The notes beneath the pieces were generated by a model. That model had not been told where the DNA came from and ran no database searches. It worked only from the letters and a program-made list of their open reading frames with translations. A program made the position numbers and the translations under genes. Shown here one piece after another: positions 9,493 through 19,104 of a DNA stretch of 64,000 nucleotides. Source of the stretch: an uncultured bacterium (GTDB lineage: Bacteria > Zhuqueibacterota > QNDG01 > CAYUAG01). Each line of letters begins with the position of its first letter. The first letter of the stretch is position 1. The stretch spans positions 3,922-67,921 of the forward strand of contig CAYUAG010000004.1 of assembly GCA_964442615.1 (NCBI GenBank), written 5' to 3'.

Positions 9493-10776
9493 TTACGCTT
9501 CGGTCGAAATATCTATTTGAACTTCTTTTTTAGCAGGCATCCTTTCAAGTTGAATCGTATACTCATAATCCGATTCTCGCTGCATTTTACTCTTTTTGAG
9601 AATTTTAATAGAGTCCGATTTAAATGATACCTGCACAGGACTTTTTATTTTGAGTGTTAGTGCACCACGTCCCAATATTCCAGGCAGTGTATCGACCATC
9701 TTAAAATCGAGTTTAACCGCTTTACCAGTCACATTTACTTTTACACATACATGCTGCACAAGTTGATGCCGAAAAGATAAAGAATTCGGCGCCAGCATTG
9801 TATCAAATCCATCGTTATACGGCTTCAGGAGTTTCACCCATCCATCAACGATTTCAGAATTTCGTTCCGGATTTGGGTGCAAAAGATTAGGCCAGTGCAT
9901 ACCGCATGTGGGCCCGTGCACCACGCCTTCCGGCACTTTCCCAATTGATTTCCAGGAAAGCAAATCGCACCCGCGATCCACGGTAATCACCCCGGCGTCA
10001 AATCCAAATACACCGTGCTGCACACCTTCAGCATTATACATATCATCAAACGGCGTGTTAATGTACTCCACGCCTCGCTTTGCGAGTACAGCTGCCATGC
10101 TGAGTTCATAGTCGCCAGTGGGACCGAATCCGTGCAGGAATGCAGTAGGTACAAATGATTTTGGGAATTGTCCTAAATCGTGCTGCTGCAACAACGCCTC
10201 GTAAAAATCCAGATGTTTCTCAACTTGATCGAGAGGCCGCATTGTGCCGCTTCTGTCGGCCCACTCAGCGCGGGTAAACGTGCCATCCGTCCAATACTCG
10301 TGGCCTATGCCATGCAGCGTCAGTTCGTAATGATATCGATTTTGTCGAATAATGTCGGCAGCCTCTTCCATCCAGGGACCAATCCATTTTTTATTGTCCC
10401 ACTTTTGGCCCATCCAGGTGCTGGTGGGCAGTTTGCGCAGAATATTCTCTTTATCCCATTCACACAAAATCGTCGCAGCTTGCGGGCGGATGCCTAACCT
10501 GCGGCCTAAACGAGCGATGGCTTCGTAATCTGCAGGCACATGCTTGCGGAGTATGCCGGTGCGATAAGGTTCCTGCCACTTACTCCCGTCCTGTCCGGAC
10601 CACCAGCCGACATCGTCAATTACCACTTGAATCGGCATGGGTATCACGGCAGCAATTCCCAATTCATTTTTATTTGATGCACACCCCAAAATACCTGAGG
10701 CTGCGCCTCCCAGCGTTAATCCTGCGCTCAGCTGGGCGGACTTTTTAATAAATTCTCTCCTATTCATATTCAGCAT
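9493..10776 (-). CDS. Tat-exported protein, polysaccharide-deacetylase-like (7-stranded barrel) candidate
   Basis: 427-aa ORF. Twin-arginine signal MNRREFIKKSAQLSAGLTLGGAASGILGC. 'VVIDDVGWW' (DD motif) and 'LHGIGHEYW' (H-x-x-x-H) resemble CE4/DUF2334-type metal motifs. This is the first gene of the visibly GC-richer stretch. Confidence 0.35.
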   Translation of the reverse strand: MLNMNRREFIKKSAQLSAGLTLGGAASGILGCASNKNELGIAAVIPMPIQVVIDDVGWWSGQDGSKWQEPYRTGILRKHVPADYEAIARLGRRLGIRPQAATILCEWDKENILRKLPTSTWMGQKWDNKKWIGPWMEEAADIIRQNRYHYELTLHGIGHEYWTDGTFTRAEWADRSGTMRPLDQVEKHLDFYEALLQQHDLGQFPKSFVPTAFLHGFGPTGDYELSMAAVLAKRGVEYINTPFDDMYNAEGVQHGVFGFDAGVITVDRGCDLLSWKSIGKVPEGVVHGPTCGMHWPNLLHPNPERNSEIVDGWVKLLKPYNDGFDTMLAPNSLSFRHQLVQHVCVKVNVTGKAVKLDFKMVDTLPGILGRGALTLKIKSPVQVSFKSDSIKILKKSKMQRESDYEYTIQLERMPAKKEVQIDISTEA

Positions 10777-10802
10777 TGTAACAATCCTTTGAAATAATCT
10801 GC

Positions 10803-11120
10803 TTAGGGCTTAGTTTCTTTGAATTCCATAACATTCGACGCCTCTTGACTGCTCACTACCTCAAAAACTCGTAGAAAAATATTCGTCCCTGTCTTCTCCT
10901 CCCACATATCCTTGTTTGCAAAGCGTATCGAATAACGTGTATCATCATGGAGAGTCGGTTCCGGGTCTGGCATACGAATTCCAAGCGAGTATGTACCTGC
11001 CAGAATCTGCGCAGGAACACTCAGCGCCGTTTTCACCGTTATCTGTTCACCGGCGCCCCAAAAACGCGGCTCTTCTGCAAGTACGGCAACGTGCTCCTCG
11101 GTAGGTTCCACTTCGCACAA
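10803..11120 (-). pseudogene. Remnant of the C-terminal beta-sandwich of a DUF4832-like paralogue (catalytic barrel missing)
   Basis: The ORF-track start is TTG (rc of caa at 11118-11120). There is no in-frame ATG before codon 50 and no SD. An in-frame stop lies two codons upstream, and only 58 nt separate it from the preceding gene. 'WGAGEQITVKTALSVPAQILAGTYSLGIRMPDPEP...IRFANKD' aligns by eye with 'WLPGTWIETVSIFVPENISTGEYNVKLAVHDPQTDKPGLLFANTNKD' of 1327-2703. Confidence 0.55.
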
Positions 11121-11178
11121 ACTTGTTTAGAAATTAATTTAACAACTTCTTTTCACTCAATATTGTCACACATTCAAT

Positions 11179-13386
11179 TTAATTGATTGTGATAATGTCA
11201 TAGATTTCTAAATAGGGTATCGTTAATTCTATTTGATTTTCATGCACGGATATCTTTTTCACTTCATTCAGGGCTGAATCCGGCGAATATAACTGAATTT
11301 TACTCGCATTAGTCTCCTTTACAATATCTTCCAGATGTAAGGTAACACGGACATTATTAACCGGTTTTGAATAATTAACCAAATGAACAAAAATACGATC
11401 TGAGTCATCCTTTTTAATAACATTCGCGATGACATACTCCGCATTATGAACTTCAATAATCGGCTGCGGACAAAGCTGTCGCAAATTCGCGAGGAATTCC
11501 ATTCGCAATACATTCTCATGAGTATTGTGGCACACATATGCAGGAGAGTAAATTGATGCTAACTCGCGTAATTTTTCGCAACTGCCCAGTGTATACACTT
11601 TACCGCCCGCTGCAATATGTTTTCTGATGACATCAAGCTCCTTATCTGCAATCCAGGGGATGTCGGGAATGATAATCGCTTCATATTTGGATAACATTTT
11701 TTCTGTTATTCGAGGCAGCAACAACACATCATACATGACATTCATCTCGGCGAGTGCATGATAGAGTTGCACTCGTTTTACGGACACTTCAAAACTTGGA
11801 ATGACCGGTAGCGCCAATAATCCAATTTTGCTTACGGTAGTAACATCTGTAAAAAGCTCCTCGTGCTCATCAAAGAATTTATTGTACTGACAGATGTCAT
11901 CCCATACTTTCATGGCCGTTGCGTTATTTTTCATTACCCATCCATTGAAAAGATTGCGTCCGGCTTCGGCGATCACAAAATCGGATTGGAATGCTTTAGC
12001 CTCCGCCATGGGTCGTTTCCAACCGATTTTCATTCCATCCACTACATTGTGCGCTCCGGGATTTGGCACGCCCGGATCGGCGCCCTCATATTTGCTGCGA
12101 TATGGTTTCCAGCCATCACCGGCTGCATAATAAAATCGAGCCTGCACGACATTATGCACCCAACGTTCGTCCCACACTCCAGCCTCTTCGGTGCCTTCTG
12201 ACTTGCCGATATCGCAAATACCATCCGCGATGATATTGCCTTTGCAATTGCCAAACACGGTGATATTCATTCCGCGTTTGTCAATGAGATCCTGCGTATC
12301 TTTAAAGAATTGCACGATACCTTTTGTCCCGCCGATTGCCCAATCGTAGTATAATTCATCCACGCCCGCATCAATGGCGATATCCGCGGTTTTTAACACC
12401 CGATTACGATAATCTTTATTCGTCAAATCCGGCCAGTAACTGCTCCCTCTGCGGCGCTGGCGTGGATTGCCGTACTCATCACGACTGATCCATGCGTTCA
12501 TCTCTGGATTCGCATCAACACTGTCCGCGCTTATTGAATTCAGCCGGATAGGCTGCCGCCCTGCGCCTCCATCAAATGTCACGCGTATACCATTCGCGTG
12601 ACAACGATCGATGAAGGTCGTATATCGCTTGAACTCCTCGCTGGAAGTGTCCTCCGGTGTCGCAACTTGCAGCATAACAAGATTAAAATTACCTTCAATA
12701 AACATCTCAAACATGCGATCAAGGTGATCGAAATCAATGCCGGCCCGATAATAGCGTACCTTACCGCGTTGCGCCCATTCCGGTAAATCAGATTCCTTCC
12801 TCCTGCCTTCGCCTTTGTAATTTACGACATAATCAAAATCATCAATGCGCGGCGAACCTCCGCGAGTGACTGCACGATACGTAAGCTGCGCGACTTTTGC
12901 CTCTTGTACGGTGACGGATGTTATTCGCGCATCAGTTACCCTGAAACCGTCCGCATCGGTAGTTTTATGGAAAACAATCCTGTTCACGCCGTCATGAATA
13001 TGTTCTAATGAAAGCGGCAGCACAATTTTGCCGAGCAGTTCATCACTGCCGTTGGACGTATACCAGCCTTCCTTGCCGGATTGCTGGGCGGTTACTTCTT
13101 TCTCTTGTGGTGCAGAACCTGGAAGCGCAGGAAGGTCATATCGGTTTCCGTTTACCAGCACATATCCTTCTTTTTCATCCAGACCTCTGGCCAGAAATAC
13201 GAGTCCCGGATTTGTAAGGCTGCCCTCTTCTGGAATAGTGACAACATATACTTTTACGCCTTCTGCAGCATCCTGCTCACTAAGACACTGATAATATACT
13301 GTTCGTGCTTTCTCACAGCCCCCCACAACAAAAATCGCACGAACCATTGTAACGACTAATAAAACACTCATTAATTTATTTTTCAT
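11179..13386 (-). CDS. Exported lipoprotein, glycoside-hydrolase-like TIM barrel plus GATase1-like middle domain (GH42-like architecture, no Cys cluster)
   Basis: The ORF track gives 11179-13473. I prefer ATG at 13386 (MKNKLMSVLLVVTMVRAIFVVGGC, lipobox) with GAGGAAAA SD. 'GVDELYYDWAIGG' is a barrel motif. 'YEAIIIPDIPWIADKELDVIRKHIAAGGKVYTLGS' is the middle-domain signature. The C-terminal 'IFVHLVNYS' is shared with the 722/732-aa paralogues (LVHLVNYN, FVHLVNYN). Confidence 0.5.
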   Translation of the reverse strand: MKNKLMSVLLVVTMVRAIFVVGGCEKARTVYYQCLSEQDAAEGVKVYVVTIPEEGSLTNPGLVFLARGLDEKEGYVLVNGNRYDLPALPGSAPQEKEVTAQQSGKEGWYTSNGSDELLGKIVLPLSLEHIHDGVNRIVFHKTTDADGFRVTDARITSVTVQEAKVAQLTYRAVTRGGSPRIDDFDYVVNYKGEGRRKESDLPEWAQRGKVRYYRAGIDFDHLDRMFEMFIEGNFNLVMLQVATPEDTSSEEFKRYTTFIDRCHANGIRVTFDGGAGRQPIRLNSISADSVDANPEMNAWISRDEYGNPRQRRRGSSYWPDLTNKDYRNRVLKTADIAIDAGVDELYYDWAIGGTKGIVQFFKDTQDLIDKRGMNITVFGNCKGNIIADGICDIGKSEGTEEAGVWDERWVHNVVQARFYYAAGDGWKPYRSKYEGADPGVPNPGAHNVVDGMKIGWKRPMAEAKAFQSDFVIAEAGRNLFNGWVMKNNATAMKVWDDICQYNKFFDEHEELFTDVTTVSKIGLLALPVIPSFEVSVKRVQLYHALAEMNVMYDVLLLPRITEKMLSKYEAIIIPDIPWIADKELDVIRKHIAAGGKVYTLGSCEKLRELASIYSPAYVCHNTHENVLRMEFLANLRQLCPQPIIEVHNAEYVIANVIKKDDSDRIFVHLVNYSKPVNNVRVTLHLEDIVKETNASKIQLYSPDSALNEVKKISVHENQIELTIPYLEIYDIITIN

Positions 13387-13488
13387 TTTATTTTCCTCGA
13401 AGTAACTACTATTAGTTATAGATAGTGTTTTTTTATTATTAAGCTGCAATATGCCAAAAAAATCTTTAGGCATCGAATTTCAGAATTA

Positions 13489-14946
13489 TCATTTCCTCTT
13501 TGTCAAGGTCTCTTCCAAAGTGGCTAACTCAACGATATTTAAAGCAGTCCAGGAATACCAGTTTTGTGCATCACCGCCGCTTACCGCCAGTTTTATCACC
13601 GGATTCTTGGTATAGGGATCCAGCATAGCGAAGTAAACTATATAACGTCCCGGTTCTGCATTATCCGGAATAGTAATGGATGCTGTTAATTTATGCCGAC
13701 CAGGAAGCCACTTCAGCACATCCCAGTCAATCTCTTTACGAGTCAGCATTGTTTTACTGCCTCTGCTGCCGGCTCTGCGAATTTCAAATACCGGAATATA
13801 TGCTCGATACGGAGGTGCAACCCCAATGTTATCTATGGCCATTTCAACATCCAGATCGCTGCCGGGTTCCAGCCACTTCTGGTGACGGAATAATCGTACA
13901 ACCAATCTATACCCCATGCGCTTAAGAAATTTTTCAGTAGCCGGCCACCATTCCGGAGGGATATTACTCGATTTGTTATTGAGAATGGATGTATGCAGCT
14001 CCAGACAAACGCTGTAAATATACTCAATGTCTCTGCCAGCTTTAAGCCAGCTTTCAAAAGTACCGCAGGTTTCAAAGGCTACCGGACGTGTTTTCCAGGC
14101 TTCTCCCACTGATGGATACTTTCTTGGAAGCTGTAAATAGCGGGTCATAAGATTCCAGTGATTCGGCGACCCGTAATCGCCCATACAATCCGCCCGCCAG
14201 CCGGTACCATTTTTTGTTGCATAGGTCAATCCGTCTTCCGCATCCTCCGGTATGACCAGGGGTGTCTTATTGAAACCTTCCAGATACCAGTCGATAATCA
14301 TCTTTTTGATATCAAAAGAATACCGTTCTTTTTCCTCTACAAAACTTAAATGCCATTCTCCCCAGTGGCCGTATGAGCCAATATCAATATGATCGATATC
14401 CGGATGGCCGTCATAGCGTTTTGCAAATTCCCTGACCAATCTACCCATATATTTTGCATAAAGTGGATCCGCATGATCTGGCATCCAACTGGCAATATCC
14501 CTACCAGCGTGCTGAGTGCTCTCCGCAATAAATTCCCATCCTTTAGCTCCGGTTTTACGATACCAGTCAGGGATTCTGGGACGTCCGTTAGCAGGCATAA
14601 TACGCGTTGCCAGTCGCTGTCCGCGGGCATGGACCTCCGACAGTACCGAATCCACCATATCCCAGTTAAATTTACCTTTTTTGGATTCCAGTTCATCCCA
14701 ATACCAGCGATAGTAGGCAATTGAACATTCCGGATAACCGGGAACATCCCCGTCCAAAGCTCCATGGGTGGTAAATCCCATTCCTGGATTAACCAGCACT
14801 TTATCTAACTCCGGGGGAGAAACGACCACAACATTCGGTACTCCTTTAGCTTTAATTATCTCTACAAATGGTTTAACTTGTGCATTGCTGATGGATAACA
14901 TCACTCCCCCAAGAAAAAATGAAAGGAAAACAATTAATTTTTTCAT
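13489..14946 (-). CDS. Secreted DUF4832-like TIM-barrel glycosidase candidate ('GEWH' subfamily)
   Basis: The ORF track gives 13489-14973. Start preferred at 14946 (MKKLIVFLSFFLGGVMLSISNAQ) behind GAGGA. 'YYRWYWDELESKKGKFNW', 'HIDIGSYGHWGEWHLS' and the C-terminal 'WLPGRHKLTASITIPDNAEPGRYIVYFAMLDP' support the call. Confidence 0.6.
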   Translation of the reverse strand: MKKLIVFLSFFLGGVMLSISNAQVKPFVEIIKAKGVPNVVVVSPPELDKVLVNPGMGFTTHGALDGDVPGYPECSIAYYRWYWDELESKKGKFNWDMVDSVLSEVHARGQRLATRIMPANGRPRIPDWYRKTGAKGWEFIAESTQHAGRDIASWMPDHADPLYAKYMGRLVREFAKRYDGHPDIDHIDIGSYGHWGEWHLSFVEEKERYSFDIKKMIIDWYLEGFNKTPLVIPEDAEDGLTYATKNGTGWRADCMGDYGSPNHWNLMTRYLQLPRKYPSVGEAWKTRPVAFETCGTFESWLKAGRDIEYIYSVCLELHTSILNNKSSNIPPEWWPATEKFLKRMGYRLVVRLFRHQKWLEPGSDLDVEMAIDNIGVAPPYRAYIPVFEIRRAGSRGSKTMLTRKEIDWDVLKWLPGRHKLTASITIPDNAEPGRYIVYFAMLDPYTKNPVIKLAVSGGDAQNWYSWTALNIVELATLEETLTKRK

Positions 14947-14984
14947 CTTTATCCTCATTATTTCATAGTTCATAGCTAACCACG

Positions 14985-17183
14985 CTACTCATAATACACA
15001 GTTACCAAACTGTATACTTCGAATGTCGGTATTTCAAATTCAATAAACTGTTCTTTTTTATTGAATGATATTTTTTTAGTGTCATAGAGGGGCGATCCAA
15101 TTGTAAGTCGAGATACCTTCTTGCCTTCCGGAACCATAAGCCTCACTTTCACATTCTCTGCAGGTTTTACTTCACCGTCCAGATTCATGTTATAATTTAC
15201 CAGATGAACAAACTGCAGGTCTTTCTCTTTCTGTTTCATGGTGGTGAATTCAACTGTATAAGGTGCGGACAACTTGCCGGACAATTTTCCTTCAGCTGCC
15301 CATTCTACTGCCTCAGGAATCGCCTCAAAGGAAGCTCTGATTCTTGCAGGAAATTTGCCCTGGCCGTACATCATATGATCATCAGGCAGCGGCGTGCGCC
15401 TGGTGTCGCCTTTTCCTACCGGCAACGGATTAAATGGAATGAAAACTACCTTCCCTTTTCCGACATCTTTTTTGGTGACTTCCACAGGCGTATCCTGTAA
15501 ATCAAATCCTAATACATCGGACAAACCGAGATTTTTTCTTCGCAGACCATTTTCATCTTTAAAGGATGAAAGGCCGAGTACAACCAGGCCGCCGCCGTTA
15601 TTCACATAGTCTTTTATGGTCTCTACCTCAAAATCACTCAGGAGTGGTACATACGGCAATACCAGTACTCTGTATTTTGCCAACTCCACTGGACTAAAAT
15701 CCCGCTCCACGGTCATCACGTGCGCAATACCGTTATCCGCTAACACTCGCGAGGCGGGATTAAAATAACTGAACTCATCGCTGTAAAACTGATTAATTGA
15801 ACAAAAAATCCCGACATTGGCGGCAAGCTTTGCGCCAATCAAATTCTTCTCATTTTTCTCAAAAAACGCATAAATCTGTTCCGCGCCGTTATGCACCATC
15901 GGAGAAATTGGTTCTCCAAATGTTTCTCGTACTACACTAAAGGTATTGTGATTGGCAAAAGCTTCACCGATATTGAGTTTAATCAGGTTAAACAGCGCAT
16001 TTTCATTCGGGATTGGTTTGGGTGTTGATGGCTGGACACAGTACATCCAGACGGGTTTCTGCATAGCAGCGGCAGCCAAAAATTTCAGCGGTCCTGAATT
16101 ACTGATTTTGATACCCTCTTCTGTACGGGGAACTGACTGTAAACCATGTTGAATTTCCGAATAGAAAAAATCCATAACAGTGCCCATTAACTCCATATCA
16201 TCACCATTGGTATAAGCCATGTTGCCGTAGGCACCTCCGTTTATATTTCCGGATATGAGAAAATCCGGATTGATTTTACGGGCAGCTGTACGCAATTTTC
16301 TCTGAAACTCAGTTAATGACCAGCTTCTGAACTGCAGCCATTCCCGCCAAAGAGCCATAGTGTTATCGACCGGCGGCTCGATGTTGCTCACATCAGTGAT
16401 CCCATAACGCTTCTTTAAATACTCAGCAGATACTTTTTCCTGCAAATATTTTCTGAATGCTTTCTTTGTGTGCGGACAAAAACAGGTACCGCCGTGTACT
16501 TTAGTCCAGTCAATGTACGCACCGTCAAATCCTCCCAGTGCGATCAGTTTCAGCACACCTTTCATATATTGTACATAAGAAGGATTATCCTGACAGCCGA
16601 ACATTTCAAATCTGCCACCTGTACGCGGTGCATTAGGATGCCTGAAGCGATAATATGAGTATTTTATATTGTGTGTGTGCCGCGGCCATTTATCCGGACC
16701 CTCAGGCGGTTTGGGTCCAAAATATTCCTCGTACAATTCCCACAATCCGGGGGTTTGGTACACCTGGTTTAAACTCAATTCTTCGGATTTAGGAATATCT
16801 TCATATGTTTCACTACTGCCGCCCATGGCCATGGTAGTATAGGCGATAACATACATACCCTCTTCGTGAAATTTTTTCACTTTTTCTCTTGATTCTTTCA
16901 GCATTTTCTTAAACTCTGACAAATCAGTGATGTATTCACCCGTCTCTTTATCTTCTGGAAATATGATGGGACCGCCAGTTTGATTTACGGTTGCGTGTAA
17001 TCGGTTCAACAATTCAAAATTGCCATGCAATCTTACAATTCGTATATGCCCCCAGTCCCAGGGCCCCAATTTCGATGTTTCATTGTCGCTTCTTGACTGA
17101 GACATAACCGGATTTGTACTTATTGACAGGATTAATAAACCCAGTAAAGCGAATATCAGATATGTAAATGTTTTTATTCTCAT
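14985..17183 (-). CDS. Secreted GH42-architecture protein, paralogue of 2721-4889
   Basis: 732-aa ORF with GAGGAG SD and a signal peptide. 'LRTAARKINPDFLISGNINGG' versus 'LRTAAREVNPQFMISGNVFGG' matches at 15 of 21 positions. 'FGCQDN' plus 'GGTCFCPHT' form the Cys cluster. 'YRVLVLPYVPLLSDFEVETIKDYVNNGGGLVVLG' is the middle-domain signature. Confidence 0.55.
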   Translation of the reverse strand: MRIKTFTYLIFALLGLLILSISTNPVMSQSRSDNETSKLGPWDWGHIRIVRLHGNFELLNRLHATVNQTGGPIIFPEDKETGEYITDLSEFKKMLKESREKVKKFHEEGMYVIAYTTMAMGGSSETYEDIPKSEELSLNQVYQTPGLWELYEEYFGPKPPEGPDKWPRHTHNIKYSYYRFRHPNAPRTGGRFEMFGCQDNPSYVQYMKGVLKLIALGGFDGAYIDWTKVHGGTCFCPHTKKAFRKYLQEKVSAEYLKKRYGITDVSNIEPPVDNTMALWREWLQFRSWSLTEFQRKLRTAARKINPDFLISGNINGGAYGNMAYTNGDDMELMGTVMDFFYSEIQHGLQSVPRTEEGIKISNSGPLKFLAAAAMQKPVWMYCVQPSTPKPIPNENALFNLIKLNIGEAFANHNTFSVVRETFGEPISPMVHNGAEQIYAFFEKNEKNLIGAKLAANVGIFCSINQFYSDEFSYFNPASRVLADNGIAHVMTVERDFSPVELAKYRVLVLPYVPLLSDFEVETIKDYVNNGGGLVVLGLSSFKDENGLRRKNLGLSDVLGFDLQDTPVEVTKKDVGKGKVVFIPFNPLPVGKGDTRRTPLPDDHMMYGQGKFPARIRASFEAIPEAVEWAAEGKLSGKLSAPYTVEFTTMKQKEKDLQFVHLVNYNMNLDGEVKPAENVKVRLMVPEGKKVSRLTIGSPLYDTKKISFNKKEQFIEFEIPTFEVYSLVTVYYE

Positions 17184-17412
17184 TACATTCTCCTCTTTTT
17201 AATGTAAGCAGCGTAATTTAATTTTTTTAAGTGCAAGACGATATAATTCTCATTTTAATTTTCAAATGACATTGTTCTCGTTTAGATCTTTATTCCGATA
17301 CTATTTCCGGATTTCACCGGTTTCAATAAAATATCTGACGCTGCTGCAATCTAAATTGTTATAACACTTCAGAAGTATACTACAATTTATTGATCAGGGG
17401 ATTTTTTCTTAA

Positions 17413-18996
17413 TTAAATTCCTTTCCTCCAGCCCTTATCATCAAACTTTTTGAGTTCAATTGTCAAAGAACCATCAGGATTTGTGGGCTGTGCACACGCC
17501 CATTGCACTGGTCTACGCACACCTTTGGTTTCAATTTCAGCGTGTATTTTCATCTTCTGACCTTCCATCCCATTTGGTAGAACAAAATTGCACTGGCGTA
17601 ATTTTCCACCATAGGGATGGCCTGCATCTAAACCGCCGCCAATTTTTACTTTTCCATCCATGCTTTCCACATATACATAAAGTATACCTGGAATACCTGC
17701 AACTCCATCGTTGGCAATCGCCAGGACGATTTCGCTGGTACCATAACGCTTCCGCTGCCAGATCCAAGACGGTCTTACTCTGTAGCCCATCCTCTGATGC
17801 AGCTGTTTAAATCCTTCAGGGTAGGTGTCATTATAATTGCGAAGATTATCAGCTTCTGTCCATAAAGACCAATAATTTCCACCAAGATCCAGTACATGAA
17901 GCATAGATTTTTCTTTATCATTTATGCTGGCCTCATCCAAGGGGATTTCATCAACATCGTAATGCCGATATCTTCCCTGTTCCATCACCACTGCCAGCCA
18001 GGGGGGTCTATTAGAGAGTCGTTCAATCTGAATTGGTTCTTCAATATGTACAATACTGTCAGAACGCAGCCAACAACCTGAACGTACTGCAAGATCAAGG
18101 CATTCTCTGTTTCCTGTATTACTGATATCCGGCTGGGTATTATTGGCCAGTGGTACTTTTGTCCAGGTATCTATCTGGTACTGGGTCATATTAACCATTG
18201 TTTTCTCAGCAGTCAGATAATCCGGGAAAGGATTTGGCAGTGCATTGGTATGGCCTTCCCCCCAGAATCCATACATCATCATGTCCATAAACTCAACTTG
18301 GGGATGACCGTTATATTCTGCGGCAAGAAGATCATTTAATTCCTGGAATGCTTTCATAAATTCTGGATGATCGTAGCGGGGTTCAATATACTCCCAGTCA
18401 CCAGTTTTACGTTCATTTGTCTCTCCCCTGCGGCTGCCGATTTTTACAAGCGGTACTTTCTCCTGCAGGAAATCCGGCATTGCCAGTTTTTGAGGCTGAA
18501 AATTCGGACTGGAAAGCTGCACACGGAATCCTACTTTTAAATCATATTCCTTTGCCGCCTCGAAAGTCAACTTCCACACCGGATGTAACTCCAGTCTACC
18601 AGCACGTTTTTGAACATCCCGCCAGTCACAGCGAATATACAAAATATCAACAAAAGGAAGACTTGCTAATTTCTTTACACTTTTTTCCAATGATTCTTTT
18701 CCGTTTCGCACAGCCAGAGAAGGACCATTTTCTTCCCAGGTATAGGCTGCCAGTCCTAAACCGAAATTTCTGATATGCTTTTTTGAAGGAGATGTACTCC
18801 CTATATTCCGCCAGCCTCGATCCTGGTCAATGCTGAATGGCCCCTGATTTAATCGATTCTTAGGCACCGGTGGAGGTCCAAAATTATAATTATCCCATCG
18901 ATGAGGCGGAACATCAGATTTCAATGCTGTCGGAACCATACCAGCAGCAACTGCTCCTGCAGCTGTGGTCTTTAAAAAAGTTCGTCTGGAGATCAT
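17413..18996 (-). CDS. Tat-exported DUF4832-like TIM-barrel glycosidase candidate ('GEGHT' subfamily)
   Basis: 527-aa ORF with AAAGGAAA SD. Twin-arginine signal MISRRTFLKTTAAGAVAAGMV. 'RCDWRDVQKRAGRLELHPVW', 'MMMYGFWGEGHTN' and 'GYRVRPSWIW' (the last identical in 25308-26849). Confidence 0.55.
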   Translation of the reverse strand: MISRRTFLKTTAAGAVAAGMVPTALKSDVPPHRWDNYNFGPPPVPKNRLNQGPFSIDQDRGWRNIGSTSPSKKHIRNFGLGLAAYTWEENGPSLAVRNGKESLEKSVKKLASLPFVDILYIRCDWRDVQKRAGRLELHPVWKLTFEAAKEYDLKVGFRVQLSSPNFQPQKLAMPDFLQEKVPLVKIGSRRGETNERKTGDWEYIEPRYDHPEFMKAFQELNDLLAAEYNGHPQVEFMDMMMYGFWGEGHTNALPNPFPDYLTAEKTMVNMTQYQIDTWTKVPLANNTQPDISNTGNRECLDLAVRSGCWLRSDSIVHIEEPIQIERLSNRPPWLAVVMEQGRYRHYDVDEIPLDEASINDKEKSMLHVLDLGGNYWSLWTEADNLRNYNDTYPEGFKQLHQRMGYRVRPSWIWQRKRYGTSEIVLAIANDGVAGIPGILYVYVESMDGKVKIGGGLDAGHPYGGKLRQCNFVLPNGMEGQKMKIHAEIETKGVRRPVQWACAQPTNPDGSLTIELKKFDDKGWRKGI

Positions 18997-19104
18997 AGTT
19001 TTTCCTTTCTCGTCAAATATATATATAGGATCTGTAATCCGTTACCATAATTTTATCAATCCTGAAATTGCATTTTTTAATATGTTACTATTATTTATTG
19101 ACAT

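Noticed and set aside
14346-14765. 139-aa same-strand alternative-frame ORF, with several plus-strand ORFs of 60-110 aa, inside 13489-14946. Similar nested ORFs occur in other large genes.
   Set aside because: They are nested within genes that have clear family motifs. They have no SD or motifs, which is typical of shadow ORFs in the GC-richer stretch.
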